Positions 25,276-39,233 of a stretch of 63,897 nt of DNA are shown in pieces. Source of the stretch: Albugo candida. Lineage: Eukaryota. The DNA lies in the NCBI GenBank assembly GCA_040437565.1, contig JBDOQK010000021.1, positions 124,074 through 187,970 of the forward strand, written 5' to 3'. Under the pieces are notes generated by a model. The model had not been told where the DNA came from. It did not search any database and saw nothing but the letters and a program-made list of their open reading frames with translations. The stretch's first letter is position 1. Every line of letters begins with the position of its first letter. The position numbers and the translations under genes are program-made.

Positions 25276-27136
25276 TTCTCTCGGTCAACAATCGTCCATT
25301 CATGAACTTCTGCATCAAAACATTCTTCTTTTTTGAACCAAGTGGTTCCCTTTCTCCTTCTTTTAGATTTCTACTTTCAATTTCGATCCTCTTCAGCCGA
25401 ATGATCCTTTAAACTCAGAGAAACTCGAGATTGCTACATTCTTGTGCTTGCTGTATCTATGCCATAACTACACACCAAAAGCATAGTGGCCGCAAACTCG
25501 GTAGAATCATGCTTGAAAAATGTACCGAACCAATCAATTGAGTGCGCCTTCGTCATCTGGACCTCGTAAGACGACGATAAACCGCAGAACACGACTGGCA
25601 CATAAACATCAAAAGCTTGCAAGAAGAAAGTTGAACCCGAATATGCACACAGTCTTCCCAAAGCGGAGCATATTCATGAAAAACTTCTGCTTTTAGTGAT
25701 TAAAACGCGCCAGATTGACCCGAATCACCGGATATGAAAATCCGCAAACTTGCACCAATTTGCGAACAGAACCTTGTAAGGTAGACACTTCGCATGTACT
25801 AGTTACGTGCACATCAAGACGCCTTCTCATAGAAGTACCTTCGATAGTCCAATTTTCTTGATCGATTTTCAAATCGGTCTCTCTCTTGTGATACAATGGC
25901 AAGTCGGGTCAATTATAACAGGCGGAGAAAATCCAAGCCCGCCAGTGATGACATGTAAATTACATATATACACGTCAAGGCTTCCAAAACTGACGGATAA
26001 AATATCTCATTTCGATGACAATTACATAAATGTCGAAGGTCCTACCATAGCTGAATTCGGATTTTTAGATTTCAAGATCCGTTGACAACATAAGGGCATA
26101 CATATAGTGTATTCGAGTCTTGTTCATGGTAAAATAGAGCGAGTAAAGTATATCTTCGTCGATGACCGCGGATCGAACGTCCAACGTCCTGCACAACGAT
26201 TCCGATACGTTTTCTCCTCACCACTGCAGCGGTTAGTGTTCTTCTCGGACAGTTTACCGTAATACCTGCGTTTGCCTGGTGAGAATGTGCAGTCGATTGG
26301 CTCGCCTGGATAAATTCTTTACTATCTCAGTTTCCATCAACGGATTCGAATGGGATGAGACCTCAGCTTAACCTGTTTGAATCGTCTCCCACGATACAGA
26401 TATCCAATCTGTATACAGATAAATCTTTGTACACTGCTATACATTTGACAAAGGAAGTATAAAGAGCATAGTTCTATTTGTCATGTGATCAAAAGATTGC
26501 TGCAAGAAGAATGGCATACGGATTTGCGACGCAGTGATGAGAAACATTCCTACGAAACAGACCCGATCAGACTACCACCCAGCTGATTACAAATGCATCA
26601 GGAAGATACTGGTCTGGTGGAATATGTTTGGATAGCTGGATGCAAAGGNNNNNNNNNNNNNNNNNNNNNNNNNNNNNNNNNNNNNNNNNNNNNNNNNNNN
26701 NNNNNNNNNNNNNNNNNNNNNNNNNNNNNNNNNNNNNNNNNNNNNNNNGATTCGAATGGGATGAGACCTCAGCTTAACCTGTTTGAATCGTCTCCCACGA
26801 TACAGATATCCAATCTGTATACAGATAAATCTTTGTACACTGCTATACATTTGACAAAGGAAGTATAAAGAGCATAGTTCTATTTGTCATGTGATCAAAA
26901 GATTGCTGCAAGAAGAATGGCATACGGATTTGCGACGCAGTGATGAGAAACATTCCTACGAAACAGACCCGATCAGACTACCACCCAGCTGATTACAAAT
27001 GCATCAGGAAGATACTGGTCTGGTGGAATATGTTTGGATAGCTGGATGCAAAGGGTGTGCAGCTCTAGCCCTACAAGAGCGCTTCGCATCATCCTTGTAA
27101 CAAGATTCTCGTAAAAAGTAGCCGACATCTTCACGC

Positions 27137-27670
27137 ATGGCCTCCATTGACTTTGTAGATGTCATGCTCGATCTTTTTACTATTGAAATGCAGACTTTGT
27201 AGTACGATATCATGAAGTTCTAAAATCACACACGCATTTCTCTAGAAGCAAGTAGCTATCTAGCTAGCCGACAGCTTTGTCCAGCAAAAGTATGCACTGA
27301 CTAATAAAGACGTCAAGAGCGTTGATAATGACAATTGATGAAGCGCAATGCTCTAGAAAAGCACTCACATGTTGGTGCAGCAGAATAATAGCTACAAAGG
27401 CGATAGTGAAGCTGCTTCATGGTGGGATCACCATGTCTTGGTTTACCTACAGCAATGTGAATACTGGGATCGCACTATGAAATGACATACAAATCAAAGG
27501 CATGCCAAACTATTCTCCTAGTCGTATTGTGTCCTCGTCGACAAGAATATTATAATCTGTTTGACTCAATTTATGTGACAGATTCAGAAAGTCGCTGATG
27601 GCACGGATGTACGAATCGAAAGATTAGATTCTCCTGTGCTATTCTCCAAGAATTATTTTTTGTTTCAGTA
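27137..27670 (+). pseudogene. Decayed paralog of the secreted family
   Basis: Family box gctggatgcaaagg upstream; MASIDFVDVMLDLFTI then frameshift to NADFVVRYHEVLKS; stops follow. DNA homologous to 42446 and 62687 copies. Confidence 0.6.
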
Positions 27671-29724
27671 NNNNNNNNNNNNNNNNNNNNNNNNNNNNNN
27701 NNNNNNNNNNNNNNNNNNNNNNNNNNNNNNNNNNNNNNNNNNNNNNNNNNNNNNNNNNNNNNNNNNNNNNAAGCACTCACATGTTGGTGCAGCAGAATAA
27801 TAGCTACAAAGGCGATAGTGAAGCTGCTTCATGGTGGGATCACCATGTCTTGGTTTACCTACAGCAATGTGAATACTGGGATCGCACTATGAAATGACAT
27901 ACAAATCAAAGGCATGCCAAACTATTCTCCTAGTCGTATTGTGTCCTCGTCGACAAGAATATTATAATCTGTTTGACTCAATTTATGTGACAGATTCAGA
28001 AAGTCGCTGATGGCACGGATGTACGAATCGAAAGATTAGATTCTCCTGTGCTATTCTCCAAGAATTATTTTTTGTTTCAGTACGCTTCATATCAACCCGC
28101 AGATATACTGTCAAGAACGGTGCAAATCACTCGCGTCGTCATTGACAAATTGCAATACTCCGATGATGAACATGGTTTTCGCCTGGATAAGGCAGTGGTA
28201 AGACAAAGTATACCAGACCGATTATAGATTACGACGAAGACAAGGTTTCAATGTATACGTAGACAGCCAGAGAAAGAAATCTACACGATCTGCTTTTTTC
28301 TTTTCACTGCACGACGCAGCTCGTTGATAAGTTCCAGTAAATAATTCCTCACGAACGAGTGTTTTTGTATGCTGAACAGATAAGCTCAGGGGGTTTCAGA
28401 CACGGTCAAATAAATTATCTCAAGCTCTGCCCACATGGAATCAAGACTGTAATTTCACGCTTCTTTACCCACATGCTACCCTGCAGCATTCTGCATGCTT
28501 TATGACTAATGCGTCTCTATCCCAAGGTATGTACTAAGACTACCCTATGAAACGAAAAATCAATGTAGCGGGTTATCTCATGCTGTAAGATAGCGAACAG
28601 AAGATCCAAGTTTTCGACGAGCTTTTTATATTTTTGCGGAAAGATGACTGCTTTTGCAATCAATTTACATGGATCAAACTTCATACCAGTGCACAGCGTC
28701 TGACTTGATATGATTACGCACAACGTCAGAAAGTGGTCTGACTGGGCGAGCAGGATTGTAATGACATTCTTACAAGCACTGGAATAGGCCTATCTTTCTC
28801 TGTTGCAGTCGAAGTGAAGCCTCATCACCTTCCAAGCAGTCATGACAATACAAATGAGCGTAATCAAAACCTATCAACTGATACTTTACAGAGTAGAATG
28901 TCACGTAAATGGTAGCCGTTTGCCTTTTCAAGTGCACTTTGACATGGTCGTACTATGGCCGTCGATCCGATTTTATAAAGTCTTGGTATGAATGGAAAGT
29001 TGACAAATGACTGCGATCTTATTATAGCTGAAACAAATCACGCGAAACCATTCGTACACTTTTCGGCACTTTGTACAGATAGTATCAAGTAGCTCTAGCA
29101 CCAGACGCTCTACAAAGTCTCCGCTCAGCTCCTTTGAGGATAAGCCTATAGAGAAAGGACTTGATCGCTGCACTCACACGGCTCCATCCATCGAATGGAA
29201 AATCGTCGTCCCATCATTGCCACTTCGACTCGACTGGTTCGATGATAACAAGGAACTCTGCCGAAATAAAAACTTGATTGAGGGCCTTCACCGCGTAAAC
29301 TTGAATTTATAGTTTTCTGTCAGCTAAAATCCAGTCAATAGCATACCATCGTGTAGAATTGAACCGCACCATATGGCGTTTTTCTCAAAAGAATAATTAC
29401 CTAATGATATCATGTAACAAACGTTTGACTCGGTGTATGTAACTAGCGCTTCATAGCGTAATGATAAGATGATGACGTAGAACGATACGTTAAGCCAAAC
29501 AAAGAATCAGAACATTTATATTAGGGTAAAAATTCATATACACACGTCAGATCACTTAGTGGAAAGGCCAGGTTACGCGTAATAGAAAGAACCGTATTCT
29601 CAATGCCGTCATGTCAGCTGGATGTAATGGTGTGTACTTTTCACACTTTGGGGAATGATTTGAACGCAACAGTTGATTCATAACTCCATTTGCTTCTGAT
29701 CTCCAGCAACCAAGAACTTCAATC

Positions 29725-30261
29725 ATGGTCTCTCTCAACTACATAGCTACCGCACTCGGTATCATCACTGTTGGAAATGCTAAGGCTGTAGTGCGATATC
29801 TCAAGTCAAGTCCTCAATATCATGTCCAGACACATTCGAAAAGCTCGGTCCGTCTTCTTGATGGAAAGTGTCCACATGCAACCCCTGAGTTGACGAGCTA
29901 TAGAAGTCTTTGCGTGCTCAAATCGGCCGAAAGCGGCTGTGGTGACCGGTGGAAATCTGCCCTCAAAAGCATAGTTTTGACCTCGTTTCCATATCTCGAT
30001 GGATCAAAGAGTACTATGGCAAACTTAGCAACGTATACCAGGATAGATATCATTACAGCAATCACACCGATTTTCTCTAATGATCCCCATACGGATCCGT
30101 CGATGTCGATAGAGGAGTATTTTACACAAGTTTACATGTTAATGAAAGGGACTGTAACTCCAGACACATTCTACAATCTAGATTTTACCCAAGGTACTAA
30201 ACATCCAAAGTTCCTGTTTCAGTTTGCTTATTATGTTGGATTTCGTTGTCATCGGCCGTAA
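29725..30261 (+). CDS. Secreted Cys-scaffold protein, family paralog B (candidate effector)
   Basis: 178 aa; signal peptide ending GNA; VVRYLKSS; C-x13-C-x8-C; IFSNDP; HPKFLFQFAYYVGFRC; family promoter. Confidence 0.85.
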   Translation: MVSLNYIATALGIITVGNAKAVVRYLKSSPQYHVQTHSKSSVRLLDGKCPHATPELTSYRSLCVLKSAESGCGDRWKSALKSIVLTSFPYLDGSKSTMANLATYTRIDIITAITPIFSNDPHTDPSMSIEEYFTQVYMLMKGTVTPDTFYNLDFTQGTKHPKFLFQFAYYVGFRCHRP

Positions 30262-31783
30262 TTCATTTACTAATCATTCAATACGAAGCTTTCGCATCAA
30301 TGCATTTACAGGTTTTTCCATAAAAGTGCTCCCATTTCTCCATGCTTCCTTTCTCTAGTCGGTTAAATCGATTGATGTCAAGTGTTTCCACTGGTAAATC
30401 ACAATGGACGTATTTGTGAGGATAACTAGACTAGTACAAATCGATTTATTGTGCTCATATTACCGCAACATCAGAATGGTGGTGTACACGTAGAACATTG
30501 CTGGAGCATAAGAATCGATAGCTAGCGAGAAGAAACCAACTTCATGACATTGTGGGTTTACAATGACGCAGGTGCAGCTGCCTATCAAAATAATCGAGAT
30601 AACTGGATACTTTTGTTGAAATGAACGCTCAAATATGATTCAGATCGTGAGCGGTTAATACTGACAGTTACCGAACTTGCAACAATGGCAGGAAAGAACT
30701 CTGTAAAGTATATATGTCAGTGGTTGTACCGGACATAAATCTCATAATTTGTTTGCTTGAGTGCAAATTTGAGACTGTTATCAACTGTTCTCTATGGATT
30801 TCCTACGTATTCTTTCTGCTTATAAACTAGGGCATTTCGCATCATTTCAAACAGCACGGTCGTTAAATGGCATCGTACATATCCGCCATCTTCCAAAAAA
30901 ATCCACTTGCGTATCAGGAATTGTTCTCTCTCTACGGATAAAGATCTGGGATACTTTATTGATTACATCCTTCGCCGCCACGACTGTCGGAATTTATTAG
31001 TTCCAACACTTTCGGTTCATAAACTGTGACATTCACCCAATTAGGTGCTCCTCTGAAGTGCTCTTTTCTACTCAAGTTATTTTCAAATACGGACCTTTTC
31101 ATATAAAGTATGATAAACAAGCAGACTACGTCGTCCGCTTTTACGCAGAGTGTTCTAGTTTGAGTGAGAATGAGCATCTCCGGCCAATAATTCTTTCATG
31201 CTTGAAACGGTGCTATATGATCGAAAATGCTATTCTCATGAATCTCAACACACGACCCACAGAACGATAAAGATGCACTAGCTGTATAGAATTTTCGTTG
31301 GCGCACAATTAGCATAAAACAGCAACAACCAGGCAACAGAATCGCGCATAAAAGGACCAAGACGTATTGATTGGGACCGCANNNNNNNNNNNNNNNNNNN
31401 NNNNNNNNNNNNNNNNNNNNNNNNNNNNNNNNNNNNNNNNNNNNNNNNNNNNNNNNNNNNNNNNNNNNNNNNNNNNNNNNNACAGAACGATAAAGATGCA
31501 CTAGCTGTATAGAATTTTCGTTGGCGCACAATTAGCATAAAACAGCAACAACCAGGCAACAGAATCGCGCATAAAAGGACCAAGACGTATTGATTGGGAC
31601 CGCAAGCATACATGCGGTTGTGATCAGGTACCTGTACGACACTCACACGCGCGATAGAGAACATCATGTCTTGTGACGCAACCGACATGCAATTTCTCGT
31701 TCTATACTGGAGTGATTATGACGCACCAGCTATAACTACGAATTAGTTTTCTTCATTCAGTAGAGCTAACCAACTATCCACCT

Positions 31784-31876
31784 ATGGTCTCTCTCAACTT
31801 CGTAGCGTCCATTCTTCATCTTAAGCTATTGCAGATTCGGGGTTCGCTGCGCGATATTTTCTTTCAAGTTAATTAA
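31784..31876 (+). pseudogene. Truncated 5' remnant of the secreted family
   Basis: ATGGTCTCTCTCAACT is identical to the start of paralog B; MVSLNFVASILHL then frameshift to AIADSGFAARYFLSS* (compare RYLKSS). Confidence 0.55.
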
Positions 31877-32674
31877 TTATAAACTTGCAATAGTACAAGG
31901 CATTAACCCAATGACGATGCCTAAACATACCGGAACCGAAAGTAAATACTTTGACGATGGATGCTTGCTCGTTCACACGCCAAATAGTCCAATCGATAAC
32001 GGCCCTTCCTAAAAAAGACCTTCGTGTGAATACTTTCTACGTATCTCAAATGATCATTTGGACGGGATCGCGTCCGCGTGCAATAATTCACGCTTCCAGA
32101 TACAAAGCTCAATGCAAAAATATCAGCAATATCAATGCGTAAACCAATGGTTGCCCTAAAAAAGCAATGATGCCTATAATGATGAGCTTAACTTTTATAG
32201 GTAGATACATGTAGTAGGGTGACAGATTGTTCTATCATCTTACATTGCAAGAAAGATTATTGTGTTGAAGCAAGATACTACGATTAATGAGCGACCGTTT
32301 TGCATAAATATTTTATGTTTTTGTTGTGTTCCGATGTGTGTCGTTTCTTCTGAGTATGATGCCTTATTTTTAGCTTCCAAAGAGCTGGCGATCAACTTTA
32401 AAAAAGAGCGAACTTATTTACTTGAGTGCGGGTTCCAAAATCCCACGCATTATTCCATGAGCAGCCAGCCATCTAGCCGCCCGATTTGTTTGGATAAGAG
32501 TATGCACTCTTTTTGTTATATTCGAAAGAGTACGAGAACGGCAATGACGAGTTGGGACAGCTGGTGAGGCGCTAGACTCTAGAAAGCACTTACATGATGG
32601 TGTACCGTAATAATGGCTGCAAACGAACAAGCAAAGCTATTTTATGATGGAATCATGATTCGTTAATAAATCTA

Positions 32675-34450
32675 GGGAATCGGTATAATCGTTATTCAGC
32701 CCACCACCTTTTGTTTTAGGTAGGCGCTATGGCCACAGAAAAAACTACTACGGCCACACACAATTGAACTAGCCAATCACAGCTCACAAAATTATACTGT
32801 TGCTAAGTACGCTAGCCAATCAGGTCACTTGTCTACTTTTGTACATGAGCTCATTCTGTTTCTTACGCTGTCTTTGTTACTTTGTTCTAGCGTAGGTACG
32901 GTTTTTTTTCCAGAAATCTCTATATGGTAGGTTGATAGTAGACACTCTAAAGATTAGGATGTTGGAAAGGTGGCTGTTGCTGTTGAGTAAAAAAATTGTT
33001 TTTTTCAAAAATTATTCATTATTTGTTGACGTAAATTCCATTTTTAGAATTAAACGTATTTAGTAATAAAAGTAGAAGAGCATGGCATCGCGCCGGTTGT
33101 CATTGAACATGAGCTTTTTCTAGCTGTCATTTCGAAACTTTAGTGATTGGAAAAAACACGTACGAAGAAAGCAATATTGTACACCAACCCGTTCAAATAC
33201 TTTCCGAAGGGTGTAGATGAGATCTTCCGGTTGATATGCTGAAAAATGTCACCACGTGGGGTCGTGTTGGATATTCAACATAACGGATGTGCAGATAAGA
33301 TGCAGTAGTTTGTAAAGGCTTTGATCAACTGTTAGGTGAACTAAACATTTAATATACGTACTTCCAAATTTTAAGCTCCCTGGGTGTCGTTGGTTACAGA
33401 TTATCTACAGGTTATGAGCCCAAACGCAGCAAATTCGAGCAATGACGTGCTCAGGGACGACAACTACTTTTATTGGGAGTTCAACGCGCGCATGAGACTG
33501 GCGAGGAAGGGGCTACTAGACCATATCGACGGACCAGTAAACGTCAAGAGCGAGGACGATACAGCGGTGGCAGTCTGGAGAGCGAACGACTTGAAGGACT
33601 TTGCCATCTTGTCGATGACGCTCAGCACTCAATACCAGTCGATGATCCGAAATACGACATTGACGAGGCAGCTTTGGGATACATTAAAGGACTTTTTTGT
33701 TCGGAAAAATTTATACAATCGAGTGCAAGTGCGACGTCAGCTGCACGACTTTAATATGGAAAGAGGGAGCAGCTTGATGGAGCATATGATGAATTTCGAT
33801 AAACTAGCGATGAGCATGTCGTCTNNNNNNNNNNNNNNNNNNNNNNNNNNNNNNNNNNNNNNNNNNNNNNNNNNNNNNNNNNNNNNNNNNNNNNNNNNNN
33901 NNNNNNNNNNNNNNNNNNNNNNNNAAGATACAATTACTAGCAGTTAATGGAACTTGATCTCAATTACTTGCACTTAGTCACACTATACAATACCTGACAA
34001 TTTCGGTCGTCACTAAGCCGCCGCTGGTACTGCCGATGATCTGTGCGCAGACCTGCTAGTGAAATTGCCCATCAGCTTTCAAAACATGGCACCAAGCTGC
34101 ATTTTTAATATAGCCCGCTGGTTTTCATTTTGCTGTACAATGGCAGCAAGCGGGCCTTCGCAGTCAAGGCGAACTGCTGAATACACTAAGAGTAGACCCC
34201 CTGCAATGGATGAATTATCAGATCAATATAACTGCTGCCGGCACAATCAGCATAGAATAGAACTTACCTGTTGACACAGAGATCCATATTTGAGTGAAAA
34301 ATTAGAAACCGAAGATTCTTGTGTGACTTAATTGTATTTATTCGGTTGCATCTATTCAGAGCGATTAGAGGCCACGTTTTCCTATTAATCTATTGATTTA
34401 TGGAGGGTGGGGGCTGATTAAAAAAAGATGGGGGCTGAATAACCATTCTC
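32675..34450. mobile_element. Possible TIR DNA element interrupted by a Copia insertion
   Basis: AATCGTTATTCAGCCC (32687-32702) vs GGGCTGAATAACCATT (34432-34447): 15/16 inverted match; TA dinucleotides at the putative outer ends. Confidence 0.35.
33265..33824 (+). mobile_element. Ty1/Copia LTR retrotransposon 5' end (putative short LTR, PBS, gag), rest lost in N-gap
   Basis: TGTTGG...CA (33265-33409) followed by GGTTATGAGCCCA, a Copia-type primer-binding site. gag from 33414: DNYFYWEFNARMRLARKGLLDHI...LWDTLKDFF...RRQLHDFNMERG. Confidence 0.85.
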
Positions 34451-35292
34451 TATTAGGAATGTGAAGATTGCGACTCGCGTTTAAAGGAAGACACTACTAT
34501 TTTTACTTCAAAAAGCTACAAGAGATCATTTGACTTTTTATGCTACGTATATAATTTATACAAGAAAAAATCGTCTTTTTGATCGATATTTAAAAATCAT
34601 TTGTGGTACAGAAGGCTCCACACAACCGATACGATGTAGTTTAAGCAATTGTTGAGCTGCTTGCATGATTCACGAAAAGTTGATATGCTCTGGAAAGAAA
34701 TCCGCCCTTTGTGGAAAAGACAGCGAAAAAGACCAAGTACAGCAGACCCATTACTTGATACCCAACGACAACGTATACATATATATGAAGATAGTCAGCG
34801 AAGGTTAAGTACTGTACATCACGTTAGACGCTTTCGCAGCATGACAATATCGCGTTGGCGAGATAAACATTACGGTGAATTCACCGGGTGCGAGCACCTT
34901 CATCTTATTGTTACGAAGCTTCAATCAAGAGATACAATTACGCATAGGAAAGGCTCGCAAGATTGTCTTCTTCACGCTCCATCGAACGCATACTAACCTA
35001 AAGCGGTAGAAACCACCAGTTGTTCAGCTTATTTGAACATACTCTTTGAAGTCTTCAAGCGTTAAACTTTCGTCGTTGGAGGTGATTGATTGCGTTCGCA
35101 AAGTCTTTTTTCAAATCAATGATAGGCACCTTTGTGCCCATTGCTTTTGCATTTATCAAACCTAATTTGTACAGTACATACAATCAATTAGACTCACAAA
35201 AGCATCGCGCACGTCTCAACCCAAGGTATAGGTTGAGGTTAAATGTCGCGTGTCGATTTATACGGGTGAACAGGATATATGATCCGTTGAAG

Positions 35293-35772
35293 ACTTCTCA
35301 ATTTGCCGGCTACTAAGTAACCCGCCAATTTAGTAAAACAACTCGAAAAAACAGCCTTTTTCAACTCCTTCCTCTCGAAAACAATGGTTCAAGTCGACAT
35401 ATCGACACAACCCAGGGTGCTAGCGTCCACTTGTACTGACGTGGCAACCCTCATGAGTCACCCTGTTTTGGGTGATTGTATGATTGTTGATCAGTCATCA
35501 CCCCTGTGTGATGACGTGGAAAGTACCCCCACCCCCAGTGTGACGGTCCTGGTCAATACCGGTACTACAGGTGNNNNNNNNNNNNNNNNNNNNNNNNNNN
35601 NNNNNNNNNNNNNNNNNNNNNNNNNNNNNNNNNNNNNNNNNNNNNNNNNNNNNNNNNNNNNNNNNNNNNNNNNTTCACGAAACGTTTTTTATATGTATAT
35701 ATGTTATTTTAGATAGCCTAGGCAACTAGAGAAGTCAGTTAGTCTAATTCTAGTAATATAGACACCTTCAAC
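35293..35772 (+). mobile_element. Probable full-length LINE insertion (body collapsed into N-gap) with 14-bp target-site duplication
   Basis: TGATCCGTTGAAGA at 35280-35293 and 35773-35786. Both ends match the LINE copies at 14.7-15.0 kb; ORF1 start MVQVDISTQPRVLAST at 35384. Confidence 0.75.
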
Positions 35773-38714
35773 TGATCCGTTGAAGAGCTTTGTATGTTTG
35801 TGCATAGGGATGATGTCTATAGATAAATTAGTATGCATCAAAGTTCTGTGTAGGATCGTAGATTCTCTTACAGCTTTGCATCGCTCATTACTATTTCTGG
35901 TAGACTTGGATACTAGTACGATATAAATTGCTTTCTTTTTCTTTATTATTATTTTTACGTAGAATACATCTGGCTACCCCTCACTTGCTAAATATCATCG
36001 TGCGCAGCTCCACTAAATCGTTGCAGCATTGAGCATCACACTAGCACTACAGAGGCCTTTTTGTAATGGCTTAAACTCAACGAGGCGTGAATGAAGAGAC
36101 CAAATCGGAATTACACTGGGACAACCGTACATGGACTGAGAATAAGACGATATCAATTCTCACCTTCTCTTCTAACTCTGTTCGAATGTTTTTATTCTTC
36201 AGGTATATTTCCACTCTCTTTGTAATGTCTTCCGACTCCATTGAAACGCTTCCAAACTTCCAAAGTCTTTTGACTAATGAATTCGAATGCATTGTAAACT
36301 ATTCTAAAACGTATTTCAAATATCTGACATCGTATTTCCATCTCTTTTCTCATGTTTTTATTCGGTATGTACGTTCTCAATCTCTGTACAAAGTGTTTCT
36401 TTCCGTTCAACCACTTCCAAACATGCAAACTCCTGTGTTCCAGGTGCAGTGCAGCAGATCAAACATTTTAAGCTTTTGCACTCGTAATTGTTTATACGCA
36501 AAGTGAGAATCTTCACAATAAAAAACTGTCGAATCAGTTGAATACTTCCATAATTAAGCGCGTGGATAAAAAACTATGCAAATAGAATAATGCTCTCTTA
36601 CTTCAATTTGACAGCCCACTAATCAGTATCCTGCTATACGGTAATGGTCAGGCAGTATAGATATCACCGACGTGAAAAAGACACCGATTGCTCTGGATGA
36701 AGCGGGTCATAAGGATTCAAATTGATGCATCTATTGAAAGACCACGAAGAAAAGAGTAAAAGAGTGACAATATCGACACAGGTATCACGAGATAGAAGCT
36801 GCATCACACTCTAACAACGTTATTATATTGAATGTTTTATTGGTTTTATGTAATCAGAGAAAAAGAAAGATTACGACTATGAAAAGGACACAAAGAGACA
36901 ACTTATAGTGATGCGTTTTTTTACAAATGTATTGATTTGCACCTACCTTGGGCGTTGCACCTAAATAAATTATTTATAGCATGAGTCTGGGTCGTCTAAT
37001 ATTTCATCAAATTGTTATGAAACTGCACACTTCTTTCTTGAAGTCTTTCCCGGCCCACAATCTTGTCAACTCTTCTTTGTGTGAAGATCAGCAGCAAAAC
37101 CGCTTTTTTGAATTCCTGGAGCTGAAAAAATTCGGGCTAAGAAGGTAGGGATCTTACGCGCTTTGAAATACTACAGGTCTAAATCATTTGAAGGTGGAAT
37201 TTAGGTATTTTCATTTCCTCCAGTCTCTATTGTTGGATCCAAGCAAAGATGAATCAAGAAATGCTCGGTGAGAATACACGTCCCTTTTCCTTACAACCAT
37301 GTCAAAGAAAGTATACCTCGGGAGCAAAGAAAATGCTGTCATCAATTCGTCTACTCACATGAAACCTACAGGTGTTATTCGTTCGGTATATTATTTCTAG
37401 GTATGGTGTAGCTTTGTGTCGTCCGCTGGTTCGGTGGCTGATGATGAAGCCATGTCCAAAGTAAAAAGTGAGAAAATGCAATGAAGAGAGAGGTCAACTC
37501 TTGAAGTAGCCGAGACAGACACATATGACCTTCATCATCTCCTATCGCGAGTCATCGCTTTCCCCAAATCAAATTTCAGTTACAATGGAAGATGCACAGG
37601 CTTAATGTTCAATGTTAACTCTACTCTGTAATGCGTAACATCGTGTAGTCGTGCTGAGACTCCAACAACGCGCAATATTGGAACGAAGCGCCTCTATATC
37701 GATAAATGACACTCTATCTCGGAAAAAGTAAGCCTACGTGCAGAAATCTCTCAAGAGGCGGTCAAAAAACGGATTAGCATGCAGATTTTGACAGCAGTTT
37801 CTGTCTGGAGCTTTTAGAGAACCTTCCAGCTTCTGTATGGAAAATCCAGAATTATCGAAGTTTTGTTAAATTTGTTGCAGCATATTTCAATGACATTGCA
37901 GGCATTAATAAATCTAAATAAGGGTTGATGCAGGTCATTAATGTAGAAATCGGTAATACCCTGAAACAAACACAGTTCATTCAACAGCCTCCTGACGCTT
38001 GATTCTCATTGATATCCCTAGTATTCAGTACCCTGAGTACCGAACTCTTTTCAAAGTCTCTGTTCACTTTAGTGTGCGCGGAGCGAAAAAAAAAGAGCTC
38101 TATTTCGCACAGGCTAAAAAATAACGTACTTGGTTTCTGTGGCTCCTTATCATTCTATCGATTGAATGAAACATAGTCTTGCACTGACCAATAGCTTTTA
38201 TAAATGTGTGCATTCAAGTCGAATCAAATCTTCCCTTTGATCTGAATCGGCTCGATTTGTAGATAAGAAGTTTATCCGTCACGATGACTAATCGTAGCAG
38301 GCCGCTTATCAAGATAGACGTTCACTTAGTAGAATCACAATCGAAAACTTTTGAAAGGTTACAACTGCTTTTTATCAATATCTAAATATTTTACTTGAGG
38401 AAACAATTCTTAAGGTGATGGATGTATCATTTTCTATTTGGCGTATCATTTGCACTCGATAGCTAATCATTGAGATGGCATAGAATACTATGCTTACTCA
38501 CATGGAAAGACCAGCACATGTATCAGAGTCTTTACAATATACGTCAGATTACTGTACAACCCTAGATACGCGTGAATCTAGTCAAAATGACGTAATGACA
38601 GCTTGATCAAAAAGGACGTGCGATTCCACACCCTTTACCAAAGTGATTTGACCGCATCAGTTCGATTCACAACTCCATTTGTTTTCGATTCCCCAGTAGC
38701 CAACAAAGTATCTC

Positions 38715-39233
38715 ATGGTCTTCCTCAACTACGCTGCAGTTTTCAGTCTATTCACTGTTTCATTTGCCAAGGTTTCTGTACAAGCTAGTCCAGATCCTGA
38801 CAGTCAGCAACGTGAAACTGCGATCACATCCATCGAATACGATTGTCTACAACAATTTTCTGTGGATAAAGACTTCAAGGACAATTGCATGGGTACAATC
38901 AGACGCTCAGATTGCGATGAGTTAACCAATAAGAAACTTCAGGAAATCCTCACAGAATTTTTTCATGCCTCTGATCGAGTAGAGACCAGTATCAACTATG
39001 TTGCAAACCTGAATGCGGTAGACATCGCTGAAAAAGTAGCAGATATATTCACCGGTCACCCAGGGGAAGGCCATCCGGAAGCAATACAAGACTACTTTAC
39101 TGGTACTTATAACGCAATGCTTAAGTCCGTACCGGAGAAAGCAGTGGATGCTCAAGTATTTGGAACCCAACCGCGGCATCCCAAATACCTATTCCAGATT
39201 TCTCGGTACCTCATGGACCTTTGCAACAAGTGA
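38715..39233 (+). CDS. Secreted Cys-scaffold protein, family paralog C (candidate effector)
   Basis: 172 aa; signal peptide MVFLNYAAVFSLFTVSFA; C-x13-C-x8-C; IFTGHP; HPKYLFQISRYLMDLC; family promoter. Confidence 0.85.
   Translation: MVFLNYAAVFSLFTVSFAKVSVQASPDPDSQQRETAITSIEYDCLQQFSVDKDFKDNCMGTIRRSDCDELTNKKLQEILTEFFHASDRVETSINYVANLNAVDIAEKVADIFTGHPGEGHPEAIQDYFTGTYNAMLKSVPEKAVDAQVFGTQPRHPKYLFQISRYLMDLCNK

Noticed and set aside
26345-28082. Two ~300-bp direct repeats around the gaps at 26648-26748 and 27671-27770
   Set aside because: Exact overlaps on either side of scaffold gaps; assembly artefacts.
36077-37560. Broken ORFs upstream of paralog C
   Set aside because: No motif, signal peptide or consistent frame could be established.
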